A stretch of 64,000 bases of DNA, taken from positions 32-64,031 of the forward strand of contig JAFGPK010000042.1 of the NCBI GenBank assembly GCA_016936235.1, in the 5' to 3' direction. The notes below the pieces were generated by a model that made no database searches, was not told the DNA's origin, and was given only the letters and a program-made list of their open reading frames with translations. This DNA is from Candidatus Fermentibacteraceae bacterium. GTDB lineage: Bacteria; Fermentibacterota; Fermentibacteria; Fermentibacterales; JCC-6. Positions 1-8,805 of the stretch are shown piece by piece; positions within the stretch are counted from its first letter, which is position 1, and each line of letters starts with the position of its first letter. The translations under genes were made by a program, and so were the position numbers.

Positions 1-64
1 TCCCAAGACTGATCCGGCACCACGCGCAGAGGTGGGCGGGACTCCATCCGCCGCCGGTGTGCCT

Positions 65-1819
65 TCATCGTGCAGCCGCATACTCCCCCCAGTAGCCATC
101 GTATCCGATCAGGTTGAAGACGCCGTCGGGGGAGAGGGTTATCTGTCCCGCTTCTTCCAGAGGTCCCCCGTCCACCTTGCTTCCAACTGCTGCTGTTACC
201 TCTGCTCCATCCGCGGAAATCCCGAGTATTTCGATTCTGTCATCTTCTCTGTGCCCCACTACGAATGCTTCGCCCGTTCCGTTCGCTGCCGCCCTTCCGG
301 TAGTGTAGTGACATGGAAGTTCTATGCTGTAGAGAATCCTGCCCGATGGTTTGAGCTTTGCCAGCCTGTTAAAGGAAAGCAGGTAGACGGAGCCGTCAGT
401 TCCTATGGTTATCCTGATATCCGTTTCCCTGGCTCCCACGGGGAAGTCCTTCATGTCCGTTATCGAGTACGGCAGTATTCTGGAGGAGAAGAATTTCCTG
501 ATCTTCTCGAAGAAACTCAGTTTTTCGGAAGCGGGGTCCCACAGCTGAAGAAGGTTACCTTCAAGATCGAATCTCTGGAGTTCGTAGAAGGGACCGTACT
601 CATCCTTGCTGTTGCAGATTCTGTAGAGAAGGAGAGTGTTGTCCGGAAATACGCCGAAATCGAAGGTTCCAATCATGCTGAAGTAAGTATTCCTCGCCTC
701 CCCCTTACCTTCAGGTTCATCGACGACATCGATCGTTGTTCCATCCTCGGTCGAGACGATGAAGAGCTTCGGTCTGTCCGCGCACGCTACAAGAAGTCGA
801 TTGTCACCGGTCAGGGCTATCTTTGCGTATCCCCGCGTTGTCACCGGGTTGATGTCGAGGTCATCCCTTTTCCACCGCAGCAGCCTATCCGGTCCCGTGC
901 TTACGAGAATAGTGGATTCGCCGTAATCCGTTTCAAGCGCGAAGTAGAAATTGCCTCTATCGTCCTGCACTGCGCTGTACACTTCTCTTGCCCATTCCAC
1001 AGGTCTCTGCATTTCGTCGAAGAGGAGGAACCATCTTTTCTTCTTCTTCACTGGATGAAGTGTGCGCCATAGATCATCCGGAAGGTATACCTGAGTGTCG
1101 CAGAAGCTGCAGATGACGGTTCTTTCCTTCCCATCGATTATTAGACTGCCCGAACAGCAGGGACACTGGAAAGCTACAGGCCTGGAAGCCCCTTCTTTGA
1201 CTGGCTGCCCTGCCTTGTCACCCGGAAGAAGTGAAGCGTCCTCACCTACTAGAGCGATCACGCCCCTGAACTCCTCAGCGTACTGTTTCGGAATCCTGCG
1301 GATGACTGTTGGAGTGTCTGTAACGGGATTCATCACCACACCCTTGTCGATGGCGGCAAGGAGAAGGTCCTCCTGGATGGTGTCCTTCGTATCATCGTAT
1401 CTGGGCGTGAGTCTTCCGTAGAGAACCCCGAACTTGTACTCACTGAAGATGGAGAGGGAGCTGCCTTCACCTTCATCGCAGGATGGAGAGCTCTTTATTG
1501 CTTCCTCGAGGATGGATTTCCAGTTGTCCAGCGAGAGTTTCAGATCGTCTCCGCATCCCGGACACCTGATGCTTGAAACAAGCGCGTTCAATGGAACGCT
1601 GCTATCACAGTGAGGGCACGTCATCCCTGCCTCTATGCAGATGCCTATCATAGTATCCTCTCCAACGTCTGTTTCACACTGTGCAAGTATACACTTCAGA
1701 ACACTGCACTCCCAGCTGCAGCCGTCTGAATCAATCGGCGACGATATCCGGCTGCTGGAGGTACAGTCAGTAAGACACCGGTCAAGCATGGTTGATACCC
1801 ATTCGACAAAGGGCAACAT
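65..1819 (-). CDS. Hypothetical Cys-rich protein (zinc-ribbon-like CxxC pairs plus a repeat-rich, beta-propeller-like C-terminal half)
   Basis: 584-codon ORF. The N-terminal half has paired motifs CPHC...CPGC and CPCC...CSFC. The C-terminal half has short strand-like repeats (DGSVYLL, SPDGVFNLIGYDG). An AGAGGG box lies about 8 nt upstream of the ATG at 1819. The + strand ORF 32..1072 lies entirely inside it and is treated as a shadow ORF. No family recognised. Confidence 0.6.
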   Translation of the reverse strand: MLPFVEWVSTMLDRCLTDCTSSSRISSPIDSDGCSWECSVLKCILAQCETDVGEDTMIGICIEAGMTCPHCDSSVPLNALVSSIRCPGCGDDLKLSLDNWKSILEEAIKSSPSCDEGEGSSLSIFSEYKFGVLYGRLTPRYDDTKDTIQEDLLLAAIDKGVVMNPVTDTPTVIRRIPKQYAEEFRGVIALVGEDASLLPGDKAGQPVKEGASRPVAFQCPCCSGSLIIDGKERTVICSFCDTQVYLPDDLWRTLHPVKKKKRWFLLFDEMQRPVEWAREVYSAVQDDRGNFYFALETDYGESTILVSTGPDRLLRWKRDDLDINPVTTRGYAKIALTGDNRLLVACADRPKLFIVSTEDGTTIDVVDEPEGKGEARNTYFSMIGTFDFGVFPDNTLLLYRICNSKDEYGPFYELQRFDLEGNLLQLWDPASEKLSFFEKIRKFFSSRILPYSITDMKDFPVGARETDIRITIGTDGSVYLLSFNRLAKLKPSGRILYSIELPCHYTTGRAAANGTGEAFVVGHREDDRIEILGISADGAEVTAAVGSKVDGGPLEEAGQITLSPDGVFNLIGYDGYWGEYAAAR

Positions 1820-2186
1820 GATCAGGACCCTCTGGATCCGTTACTGTGACGGATTCTCTTTCAGCGACCCGGAACTCCAGTGGGAGTACCCGGATTTCGC
1901 CATGCGATCCATCGAAAGCAACGCCGTTGTGTTTTCTGTTCCGTTGTCACGACTGGCTGAGGGGAAAACTCTGAGTCAGTCATCCCCCTGGAGGAAACCT
2001 GCATGGTCGGTCAGTGGACGATCCGGTTCGAGGTATGGGACTGAAAGGTCAGATGCAGTAGAACACGGTCATTCCCAGATGACGGGCGATGCTCGTTCGC
2101 GAACGGCGCGAAGATGCTGAAACCTCGCAAAGCAACGGGACCAGTGCCCGTCGTGATGGTGATGAATGCGTTCGACTTGGAACTGG

Positions 2187-3182
2187 TCACTTCCAGAAGT
2201 TCCCGGTCCTCTCCTTGTCGTACCTTTCCTGCAGGTCCGGGGGGTAGGGGCGGAAGTACGTCTGGTCTCCCAGGTACTCTACGCCGAACCTTACTATCCA
2301 GCTCTCGAGGAGGTTCAGGCAGGCGACCAGAGGGGTTCTGCCCTCCCTGTACATTTCCAGGTTGTCCAGGAAGAAGGCCCTTTCTCCGGGACTCAACTCC
2401 CCTGAGACATATCCGAAGGCGTGCTGCAGGACGTTGATGTTGGACCCGCAGGACGCACCCTTCTCGAAGGCCCTTTGAAGGTGTATGCCATATTCCTTCA
2501 TCGTCCCTGGCAGTCCTGCGGTCTTCTGGCCGGCGACTATCCTTCCGAGCTCCCTCATCTCCTTCTGGCTGCAGGCCATCAGGAGCAGCTTGTTCCTGCG
2601 CTGGAAATCAACCAGATCCGCGGCTTTCCCGTCGGATTCGATCCTGCGATAATCCGCCAGGGTGAAGAGCTTCTTGAGGAAATGGTCCCTGATGACCGGG
2701 TTGTGAAGCCTACCCTCGTCCTCAACCGCCAGATGGGGAAAGGAACGGAAAACCTCTCCACCGAATAGACCGGAGCCCCTCCCGGTGATCAGTGATGTTC
2801 CGTCCTCCCGGTACTGTTTTACGTCCCTCATGCCGCAGGAAGGGGAGCGGGATTTCAGTATGAATCCGTCTACGGGAGGGAGCCTGCTGAGGAAGTCTTC
2901 CACGAACTCCCTCATCTTCCCGGTGTGGTCGATCCCGGTGGCAGGCTGGACCATCCTCTGCCCGCCGTCCCTCACCACGATCCTCACCGGGTGCCTGGGT
3001 ATGCCGAGGCCTATGTCCGCCTCGGGGCAGGGAGTGATGACATCAACGTAAGGTCCCAGGGCATCCGCAAGAGGGTCATGCAGCATCTGGCCGTTATAGC
3101 GGCAGCTGTCGAACCCGAGACACCTGCTTATTACCAGACTGGGTCTGACGGGCCATTCCTCAGTTTTCATGGATCCTTTCAT
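2187..3182 (-). CDS. DUF523 (TudS/YbbK-like, Cys-rich) fused to a DUF1722 (YbgA-like) domain protein
   Basis: 331 aa. The N-terminus (VISRCLGFDSCRYNGQ ... ITPCPEADIGLGIPR ... LKSRSPSCGM) matches the Cys pattern I associate with DUF523. The C-terminal half (HFLKKLFTLADYRR...LLMACSQKEMRELG) looks like the helical DUF1722 domain. Confidence 0.75.
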   Translation of the reverse strand: MKGSMKTEEWPVRPSLVISRCLGFDSCRYNGQMLHDPLADALGPYVDVITPCPEADIGLGIPRHPVRIVVRDGGQRMVQPATGIDHTGKMREFVEDFLSRLPPVDGFILKSRSPSCGMRDVKQYREDGTSLITGRGSGLFGGEVFRSFPHLAVEDEGRLHNPVIRDHFLKKLFTLADYRRIESDGKAADLVDFQRRNKLLLMACSQKEMRELGRIVAGQKTAGLPGTMKEYGIHLQRAFEKGASCGSNINVLQHAFGYVSGELSPGERAFFLDNLEMYREGRTPLVACLNLLESWIVRFGVEYLGDQTYFRPYPPDLQERYDKERTGNFWK

Positions 3183-3330
3183 GGATTATCCTGACAGATA
3201 ATAGCCCGTGCGTTTCCGGCTGGTCAATGGGGAGATTGCCATCGAGAGAGGAACGAGCGTCCCGGGGTGATGTATCGAATGAAGGGACCGCAATTCCGTC
3301 GAAGATGAAGCCGGCTCGTATGGAATCCCG

Positions 3331-3380
3331 ATGAAGCTAAAGAGAAGGCCGGCCGTCTGCGGGGGAGACTGACCGGCCTT
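3331..3380 (-). terminator. Possible intrinsic terminator downstream of the pstS-family gene
   Basis: Arms AAGGCCGG (3345-3352) and CCGGCCTT (3373-3380) form a perfect 8-bp stem around a 20-nt loop that has an internal GTCT/AGAC pair. Read on the minus strand, the stem is followed by CTCTTTAGCTTC. The loop is long and the U-tract is weak. Confidence 0.35.
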
Positions 3381-3403
3381 TGCCCGGAGGGCTGCCCGGA
3401 CTA

Positions 3404-4207
3404 TCAAATAACCGGGAGGTAGCCCTCGTCAACGACTATGGCCTGTCCGCCGGAGCCCATTATGAAATCCAGCCACGCTGCCACAGCGCCCGAAGGCTGG
3501 CCGTCGGTGATCATGTTCAGGGGTCTGACCACAGGGTAGACTCCGGACTGGGCGTTGGCCACGGTTGCGGCCACACCGTTGACTGCCAGGGGCTTCACGC
3601 TCTCATCAAGGTAGCCGAAGGAGAGGAAACCGATGGAGTTCGGAGTCGTGCTCACCGTGGTGCGGACTGCGCCGTTCGAGGGCAGGAGGATGGCGTCCAG
3701 TCTTATGAGGGCTTCGTCCATGACCATCTCCTCGAAGGCGGCCCTTGTTCCCGAACCTTCTTCCCTGGCTACCACATTTATCATCTGATCCGGTCCTCCA
3801 ACCTGGTTCCAGTTGGTTATGTCGCCAGCGAATATGCTCCTTATCTCCTCGATAGTGAGGTCGGAAACCGGTACATCGGGGTTCACTGCCACGGCTATGC
3901 CGTCGCGGGCTATAGTATGTATCACAAGCCCCGGGTTCTCTGCGAGTTCGGATTCCTTGACCTCCCTTGAAGCCATGCCGATGTCAGCGGTGCCGTCCGC
4001 AGCGGACCTTACGCCCACGCTGCTGCCGCCACCCTGAATGGTGATGCGGACTGATGGATCGATCTGCTCGTAGGCTTCAGCCAGCCTCTCGGCAAGAGGC
4101 TGCACAGTGGTTGATCCGGCGGCCTCTATATCAGCGGCGGCCGCCACGGGAACCAGTGCCATGAGAAAAAGGGGAAGGAGCAGGGTCAGAGAGAGATTCT
4201 TCATCAT
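3404..4207 (-). CDS. pstS: Phosphate ABC transporter substrate-binding protein, PstS family (secreted)
   Basis: The mature region GSTTVQPLAERLAEAY...ITIQGGGSSVGV...DIGMASREVK...IARDGIAVAVNP...LTIEEIRSIFAG.ITNW..VGG is typical of PstS-family binding proteins. The signal peptide is MMKNLSLTLLLPLFLMALVPVAAAA. I moved the start to the ATGATG at 4202-4207, which has a GAAAGG box upstream, instead of the track start at 4279. No pstCAB genes are adjacent. Confidence 0.8.
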   Translation of the reverse strand: MMKNLSLTLLLPLFLMALVPVAAAADIEAAGSTTVQPLAERLAEAYEQIDPSVRITIQGGGSSVGVRSAADGTADIGMASREVKESELAENPGLVIHTIARDGIAVAVNPDVPVSDLTIEEIRSIFAGDITNWNQVGGPDQMINVVAREEGSGTRAAFEEMVMDEALIRLDAILLPSNGAVRTTVSTTPNSIGFLSFGYLDESVKPLAVNGVAATVANAQSGVYPVVRPLNMITDGQPSGAVAAWLDFIMGSGGQAIVVDEGYLPVI

Positions 4208-4425
4208 TTCAAGCCTTTCGGTTTGTTCTATCGGACCTGTGTCCGGCAGGGCACCAGTCAGCCTGCCGGAACAGACCATCGTTTTTTGAGACCCTGCAGC
4301 GCGATCCGGTTTTGCTTTCCGGTCCGCCCATGCAGTATGGTTGACATCATAGAGGGGGAAAGTTAAGCCATTGTTTCGTGATTGTTAGTAAACGGCTAAT
4401 CAATCCTGAAAAGGGGAGTAACGGA

Positions 4426-5931
4426 ATGAAGACCCTGCTCCTGCCGCTTGTTCTCCTGCCGTTCTCAGCGGCTTTCTGCGCGACCTACTTCGTGTCCAAC
4501 GAAGGCAGCGATTCCTGGAGCGGGACCAGTCCGGACTCGGCGTTCGCCACGCTTCAGCACGCTGCGGACCTGGTGGCTCCGGGGGACAGTGTGCTGGCCA
4601 TGGATGGTTCCTACGACGGCTTCGACCTGAGGTCCGGGGGCACGGGATCCCAACCCGTGACTTTCGCCACTGCCGGCAACCAGGTCTGGATAGACCATGA
4701 GAACCCGGTCACACCCGACGGCATCAACATCGAGGGAGCCCACTGGGTGGTGGTGGACGGGTACAATCTCACCGGACTGCCCCGCAACGGAGTGAGAGTG
4801 GCCCTGGCGGACCATGTCACCGTGAGGAACTGCTATTGCGGGGACTGCTACGAGAGGGGCATCTTCACGGCCTTCGCCGAATGGGTGACGATCGAGTACA
4901 ATGAGTGCTGCGGAAGCATCGACGAGCACGGCATATATCACTCCAACAGCGGTGACCATCCCGTCATCAGGTTCAACGTGTGCCATTCCAACAGCAGCTG
5001 CGGCATACATATGAACGGAGACCTTAGTTCCGGCGGCGACGGTATCATCTCGGACGCGCTGGTGGAGGGCAACATCATTTACGGCAACGGGGAAAGCGGA
5101 GGCTCCGGGATCAATTGCGACGGGGTGGTGGAGTCGAGCATCTGGAACAATCTCCTGTACATGAACCATGCCGGAGGAATAAGCCTCTACATGATCGATG
5201 GGGCTTCTGGCTCACATCATGTCAACGTATACAACAACACGATCGTGCAGCCGGAGGACGGAAGGTGGGGATTGAACATCAATACAGGCTCGACATACGC
5301 ATCGGTCCTGAACAACACCGTACTCACCGCCCATCCCTGGAGGGGGAGCATCTCCATCGATGATTCCTCCCGGGAGGGTTTTCAGAGCGATTTCAATCTC
5401 ACCGAGGACAGGTTCAGCGTCGATGGAGGGGATACGGTGATCCCGCTTTCCCAGTGGCAGTCCCTGGGCTACGGTGCTTCAACCCAGGTCTGTCTGGGAT
5501 GGGGCATGACCTTTGCCGACTGGCAGGGAGGGGACTACCACAATGCACCGGGATCCCAGGCCCTGGATTCAGGCACTTCGCTTGTTCAGCCTCCTGTCAC
5601 GAGTGACCTTGACGGAGTCCCCCGGCCACAGGGGACCGGTTTCGACATCGGGTGCTACGAATCCTGGCCCCAGGGAACGGGGGGAGGCCAGTCCGGGTAC
5701 GGTCAGGCTCCGGTGGTCCTGAGAGGTTCCGGTTATATGCTGTTCACGGGCGTTTCCGACTCGTACCCCGTTCTTGTCCTCGACCTCGCGGGGAGGCTTG
5801 CCGCGAAGCTGATCCCCTGCGAGGGGACCGCCCTGTGGGTCATCCGGGGCTGCCCTGCCGGGGTCTACCTCTACGCTGCGGTTGCGGATGGCGGGGAGGC
5901 CCGGGTCAGCGGCAAGCTGATAGTCTACTGA
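4426..5931 (+). CDS. Secreted right-handed parallel beta-helix (pectate-lyase-fold) repeat protein with a T9SS-type C-terminal sorting tail
   Basis: Signal peptide MKTLLLPLVLLPFSAAFC follows an AAGGGGA box. Repeated NxxxxG/H-rich turns (GIYHSNSGD, CHSNSSCGIHMNGD, GNIIYGNGESGGSGINCDG, NNLLYMNHAGGISL, VYNNTIV, VLNNTVL) fit a beta-helix fold. The C-terminal tail VLVLDLAGRLAAKL...GVYLYAAVADGGEARVSGKLIVY resembles Por-secretion (T9SS type A) CTDs. The start was moved from 4378 (GTG) to the ATG at 4426. Confidence 0.7.
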   Translation: MKTLLLPLVLLPFSAAFCATYFVSNEGSDSWSGTSPDSAFATLQHAADLVAPGDSVLAMDGSYDGFDLRSGGTGSQPVTFATAGNQVWIDHENPVTPDGINIEGAHWVVVDGYNLTGLPRNGVRVALADHVTVRNCYCGDCYERGIFTAFAEWVTIEYNECCGSIDEHGIYHSNSGDHPVIRFNVCHSNSSCGIHMNGDLSSGGDGIISDALVEGNIIYGNGESGGSGINCDGVVESSIWNNLLYMNHAGGISLYMIDGASGSHHVNVYNNTIVQPEDGRWGLNINTGSTYASVLNNTVLTAHPWRGSISIDDSSREGFQSDFNLTEDRFSVDGGDTVIPLSQWQSLGYGASTQVCLGWGMTFADWQGGDYHNAPGSQALDSGTSLVQPPVTSDLDGVPRPQGTGFDIGCYESWPQGTGGGQSGYGQAPVVLRGSGYMLFTGVSDSYPVLVLDLAGRLAAKLIPCEGTALWVIRGCPAGVYLYAAVADGGEARVSGKLIVY

Positions 5932-6013
5932 TCGCTGTTCACGCCGAGGTTCCGCAACGGTGGTCCGGAACGGGATCCTTCGAAGATGATTACCCGGGAA
6001 GGGAGTTATTCTG

Positions 6014-6496
6014 ATGGCCTTATCTCTTCTGTCCCTCATTCTGATGGTGTCCTTTGACATGGGACCTACCGTAGGCGCCCTCGTGCCTGTCCAGGATGAA
6101 GGCGACCCATGGAGGACTAGCTTCGTCTTCGGAGTCAAGACCCGTTATGGAATGTCCTTTGCGGATGTGGAATCTGAGCTGCTGTTCACCGAGCTTGGAA
6201 TAGATCCCGATTCGTCCAGGGGCTTTGATTACTCCATGGTGCCGCTCACCCTGGGGCTCTCCAGGCACATTGCAGGGCTCAGAATGGGGCTGGGCGCCGC
6301 AGTGTACTCGATAAAGGCGGAGTTGAAGGTGGATGACGGCTTCAGTTCAGTATGGGAAGGGACATATCCGGGAATGTACATCTCCCTGGGCAGGGGCTTC
6401 CCGCTCCTGTCGGGAGTTGCGGACCTCTCCGCGAAGTTCAACATCGTTGATTTCAACGCGCTCTGGATAGGGTTGACCGGCTCGCTTCTCCTTTGA
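6014..6496 (+). CDS. Hypothetical small protein (possible membrane or beta-barrel-like protein)
   Basis: 160-codon ORF in a gap with no competing gene. It has alternating hydrophobic/polar stretches (SFVFGVKTRYGMSF, AAVYSIKAELKV, GMYISLGRGF). No recognisable family and no clear signal peptide. Confidence 0.4.
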   Translation: MALSLLSLILMVSFDMGPTVGALVPVQDEGDPWRTSFVFGVKTRYGMSFADVESELLFTELGIDPDSSRGFDYSMVPLTLGLSRHIAGLRMGLGAAVYSIKAELKVDDGFSSVWEGTYPGMYISLGRGFPLLSGVADLSAKFNIVDFNALWIGLTGSLLL

Positions 6497-6584
6497 CCGG
6501 TTTCGATCCCGGGTGTTCTCCCTGTGGCGGGAACCCAGGCAGTCTCCAGTCCGTTTCATCCCTGTGACCGATCAGAAGGACTGG

Positions 6585-8687
6585 ATGATGCGATCGATAG
6601 CAGTCGCTGCGGCATGCGCACTTGTGCTGGACGGGTGCGGGAACACGGGAGGTGGAGATATTTCACATGCAGGTACGGTTCTGAGCAACCGCCTTTCGGA
6701 GGAGTCAAGTCCCTACCTTCTCCAGCACTCAGGGAATCCGGTACACTGGCAGCCGTGGGACGATGCGGCGTTCCTGGCGGCAAGGAAACTGGACAGACCG
6801 ATCTTCCTCTCGATTGGTTACTCCTCCTGCCACTGGTGTCACGTGATGGAAGAGGAGAGCTTCCGTGATGCCGCCGTGGCTGATCGTATGAACAGGGCTT
6901 TCATCTGCATCAAGGTGGACCGCGAGGAACGTCCTGATCTGGACAATGTCTACATGAGGTACGCCATGGCAATGACCGGCAGCGGCGGATGGCCCCTTAA
7001 TCTGGTATTGACGCCTGACGGGAAACCCTTCTTCGCAGCAACTTATATACCCAGGGAATCCGGGTACGGCAGAAGGGGCATGCTGGAGCTTGTCCCCCTC
7101 ATCGAGGATGCATGGTCCAGCAGGAGGGAAGAGTTGATGGAAGCGGCGGAGGACATTTCGTCGGTCCTTCTCGGGCCAGTCACGGACCGGTCGGGAGAAG
7201 ATATCCGGGAAGATCCCTCCACGCTCTGCTTCCGGGAGCTGCAGGTCTCATACGATGAGACAAGGGGAGGCTTCGGTAGCGCCCCCAGGTTCCCTTCCCC
7301 GAACAGCATTCTCTTCCTGCTTCGATACTATCACTACTCCCGGGATGAAGCTTCTCTGGGAATGGCGGTCAGGACCCTTGCCGCTGTCAGGTACGGCGGG
7401 ATCTGGGACCAGCTGGGCGGAGGTCTGCACAGGTATGCCACCGATATGGAATGGCACGTACCGCATTTCGAGAAGATGCTGTACGATCAGGCCCTGGTGG
7501 CCATCGCCTGCCTCGAGGCTTTCCAGGCGACCGAAGAGCCGTTCTTCGCCTGCATGGCCGTTGAGATCCTTGATTTCGTCATTGAGGAGATGAGATCGCC
7601 CATGGGCGGATTCTGTTCGGCATTCGACGCGGACAGCCCCGGAGGGGAGGGAGCCTACTACACATGGAGCAGGGAAGAGCTGGAAGGTTCCCTTGACCCC
7701 GCGACCGCTGCTGAACTAGAGGACCTGTGGGGAATTGACGGTCTGGGAGACCTGACGGGGCTTCCCGGCGGTATCCCCGGGCGGAACGTACCGAGGCTGG
7801 AACTCCCGCCCCCGGGAATGGCTCTTCCCGATTCCCCTCCGGGCCCCGATGCCCGGGCGCGCGCAAGGCTGCTGGAAGTAAGGGAGCTGCGGCCGTCGCC
7901 CTTCCTTGACACCAAGGTGCTTGCTGACTGGAACGGCTTGACGATAGCGGCTCTTGCAAGGGCTTCATGGGTGCTCGGCAGACCCGATTTCCTGGATGCC
8001 GCAACGGGCGCCATGTCGTTCGTAAGGGACAGCATGACGCTGGAGGACGGGGCGGTCCTTCACAGCTGGATATCGGGCTCCGCATCAAGGATGGGTTTCC
8101 TTGACGATCAGGCGTTCATTATCTGGGCATGCATCGAAATGCACACCGCGACGCATGATCACGGGTATCTGGACATGGCCCTTGAGCTGCAGTCGTTACA
8201 GGATCGCCTGTATCTCGATCCAGCCACCGGAGCCTACCGGTTCTCTGAAGATGATGACGATGCCATCGACCTGCCCGAAACAATCGAATCCTTCGACGGG
8301 GCGGTCCCATCGGGGAATTCCGTCACCTTGTCGAACCTCTACCGTCTCTGGGGCCTCACCGGCGAATATTCAATGAGACGAAGGGCCGACTCCCTGGGAG
8401 AGGCTCTCCGCGGAAGGGCCGTTTCCGCTCCCTCGGCTCATGCGATGCTGGCGGCGGCCATGCTGAGCGGGCCGGAGCATGTCCATGTGACAATCACAGG
8501 CGATCCTTCGGACCCTGCCTTCGCGGAAATGATGAAGGCCGCCGGGGAAGCGTACAGCCCCGACCTGACCGTTTCCGTGGAGGAGAACGAGAATGAGGTA
8601 AGAGCCGTGGTCTGTGCCGCCGGGACCTGCAGCTCTCCGGCCGCCTCACCTTCACGACTCAGGGCACTCCTGGCGGGAGATGACTGA
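6585..8687 (+). CDS. Thioredoxin-domain protein of the YyaL/DUF255 (SPATA20-like) family
   Basis: SPYLLQHSGNPVHWQPWDDAAFLAARKLDRPIFLSIGYSSCHWCHVMEEESF is the hallmark N-terminus of this family. A long alpha-helical domain follows. The likely start is ATG 6585 (MMRSIAVAAACALVLDGCG, a signal/lipoprotein-like leader, with an AAGGA box upstream) rather than 6513. Confidence 0.85.
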   Translation: MMRSIAVAAACALVLDGCGNTGGGDISHAGTVLSNRLSEESSPYLLQHSGNPVHWQPWDDAAFLAARKLDRPIFLSIGYSSCHWCHVMEEESFRDAAVADRMNRAFICIKVDREERPDLDNVYMRYAMAMTGSGGWPLNLVLTPDGKPFFAATYIPRESGYGRRGMLELVPLIEDAWSSRREELMEAAEDISSVLLGPVTDRSGEDIREDPSTLCFRELQVSYDETRGGFGSAPRFPSPNSILFLLRYYHYSRDEASLGMAVRTLAAVRYGGIWDQLGGGLHRYATDMEWHVPHFEKMLYDQALVAIACLEAFQATEEPFFACMAVEILDFVIEEMRSPMGGFCSAFDADSPGGEGAYYTWSREELEGSLDPATAAELEDLWGIDGLGDLTGLPGGIPGRNVPRLELPPPGMALPDSPPGPDARARARLLEVRELRPSPFLDTKVLADWNGLTIAALARASWVLGRPDFLDAATGAMSFVRDSMTLEDGAVLHSWISGSASRMGFLDDQAFIIWACIEMHTATHDHGYLDMALELQSLQDRLYLDPATGAYRFSEDDDDAIDLPETIESFDGAVPSGNSVTLSNLYRLWGLTGEYSMRRRADSLGEALRGRAVSAPSAHAMLAAAMLSGPEHVHVTITGDPSDPAFAEMMKAAGEAYSPDLTVSVEENENEVRAVVCAAGTCSSPAASPSRLRALLAGDD

Positions 8688-8805
8688 TCGCGATTGCGCG
8701 CAGTTCACTTTCAGGCTTAGATTCCTGCTGGAAGGGTGGATCGCCCATGGTAGTCCGTACGCCGGCATATAGCCGACGTTCCCCGGGCGACCCGGAAGGA
8801 GATGA

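Noticed and set aside
32-1072. 346-aa + strand ORF at the left end of the window
   Set aside because: It lies wholly inside the longer 584-aa minus-strand ORF (65..1819), which has coherent zinc-ribbon motifs and repeat structure. The + strand product is Cys/Arg/Ser-rich with no motifs. This is a typical high-GC shadow ORF. A 60-nt codon-position GC count did not discriminate between the strands, so the choice rests on length and protein plausibility.
1818-2120. Possible 101-codon + strand ORF (MIRTLWIRYCDGFSFSDPELQWEYPDF...) in the 367-bp gap between two minus-strand genes
   Set aside because: The first ~35 codons have host-like codon usage, but the rest is Ser/Arg/Gly-rich. It has no ribosome-binding site and no motif. 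I also looked here for tRNA-like or riboswitch-like cores and found none. The gap remains unexplained non-coding sequence or a gene remnant.
3404-4207. The orphan pstS-family gene as a sign of an unusual phosphate system
   Set aside because: Stand-alone PstS-family binding proteins are common. Nothing in the sequence suggests more than an extra substrate-binding protein.
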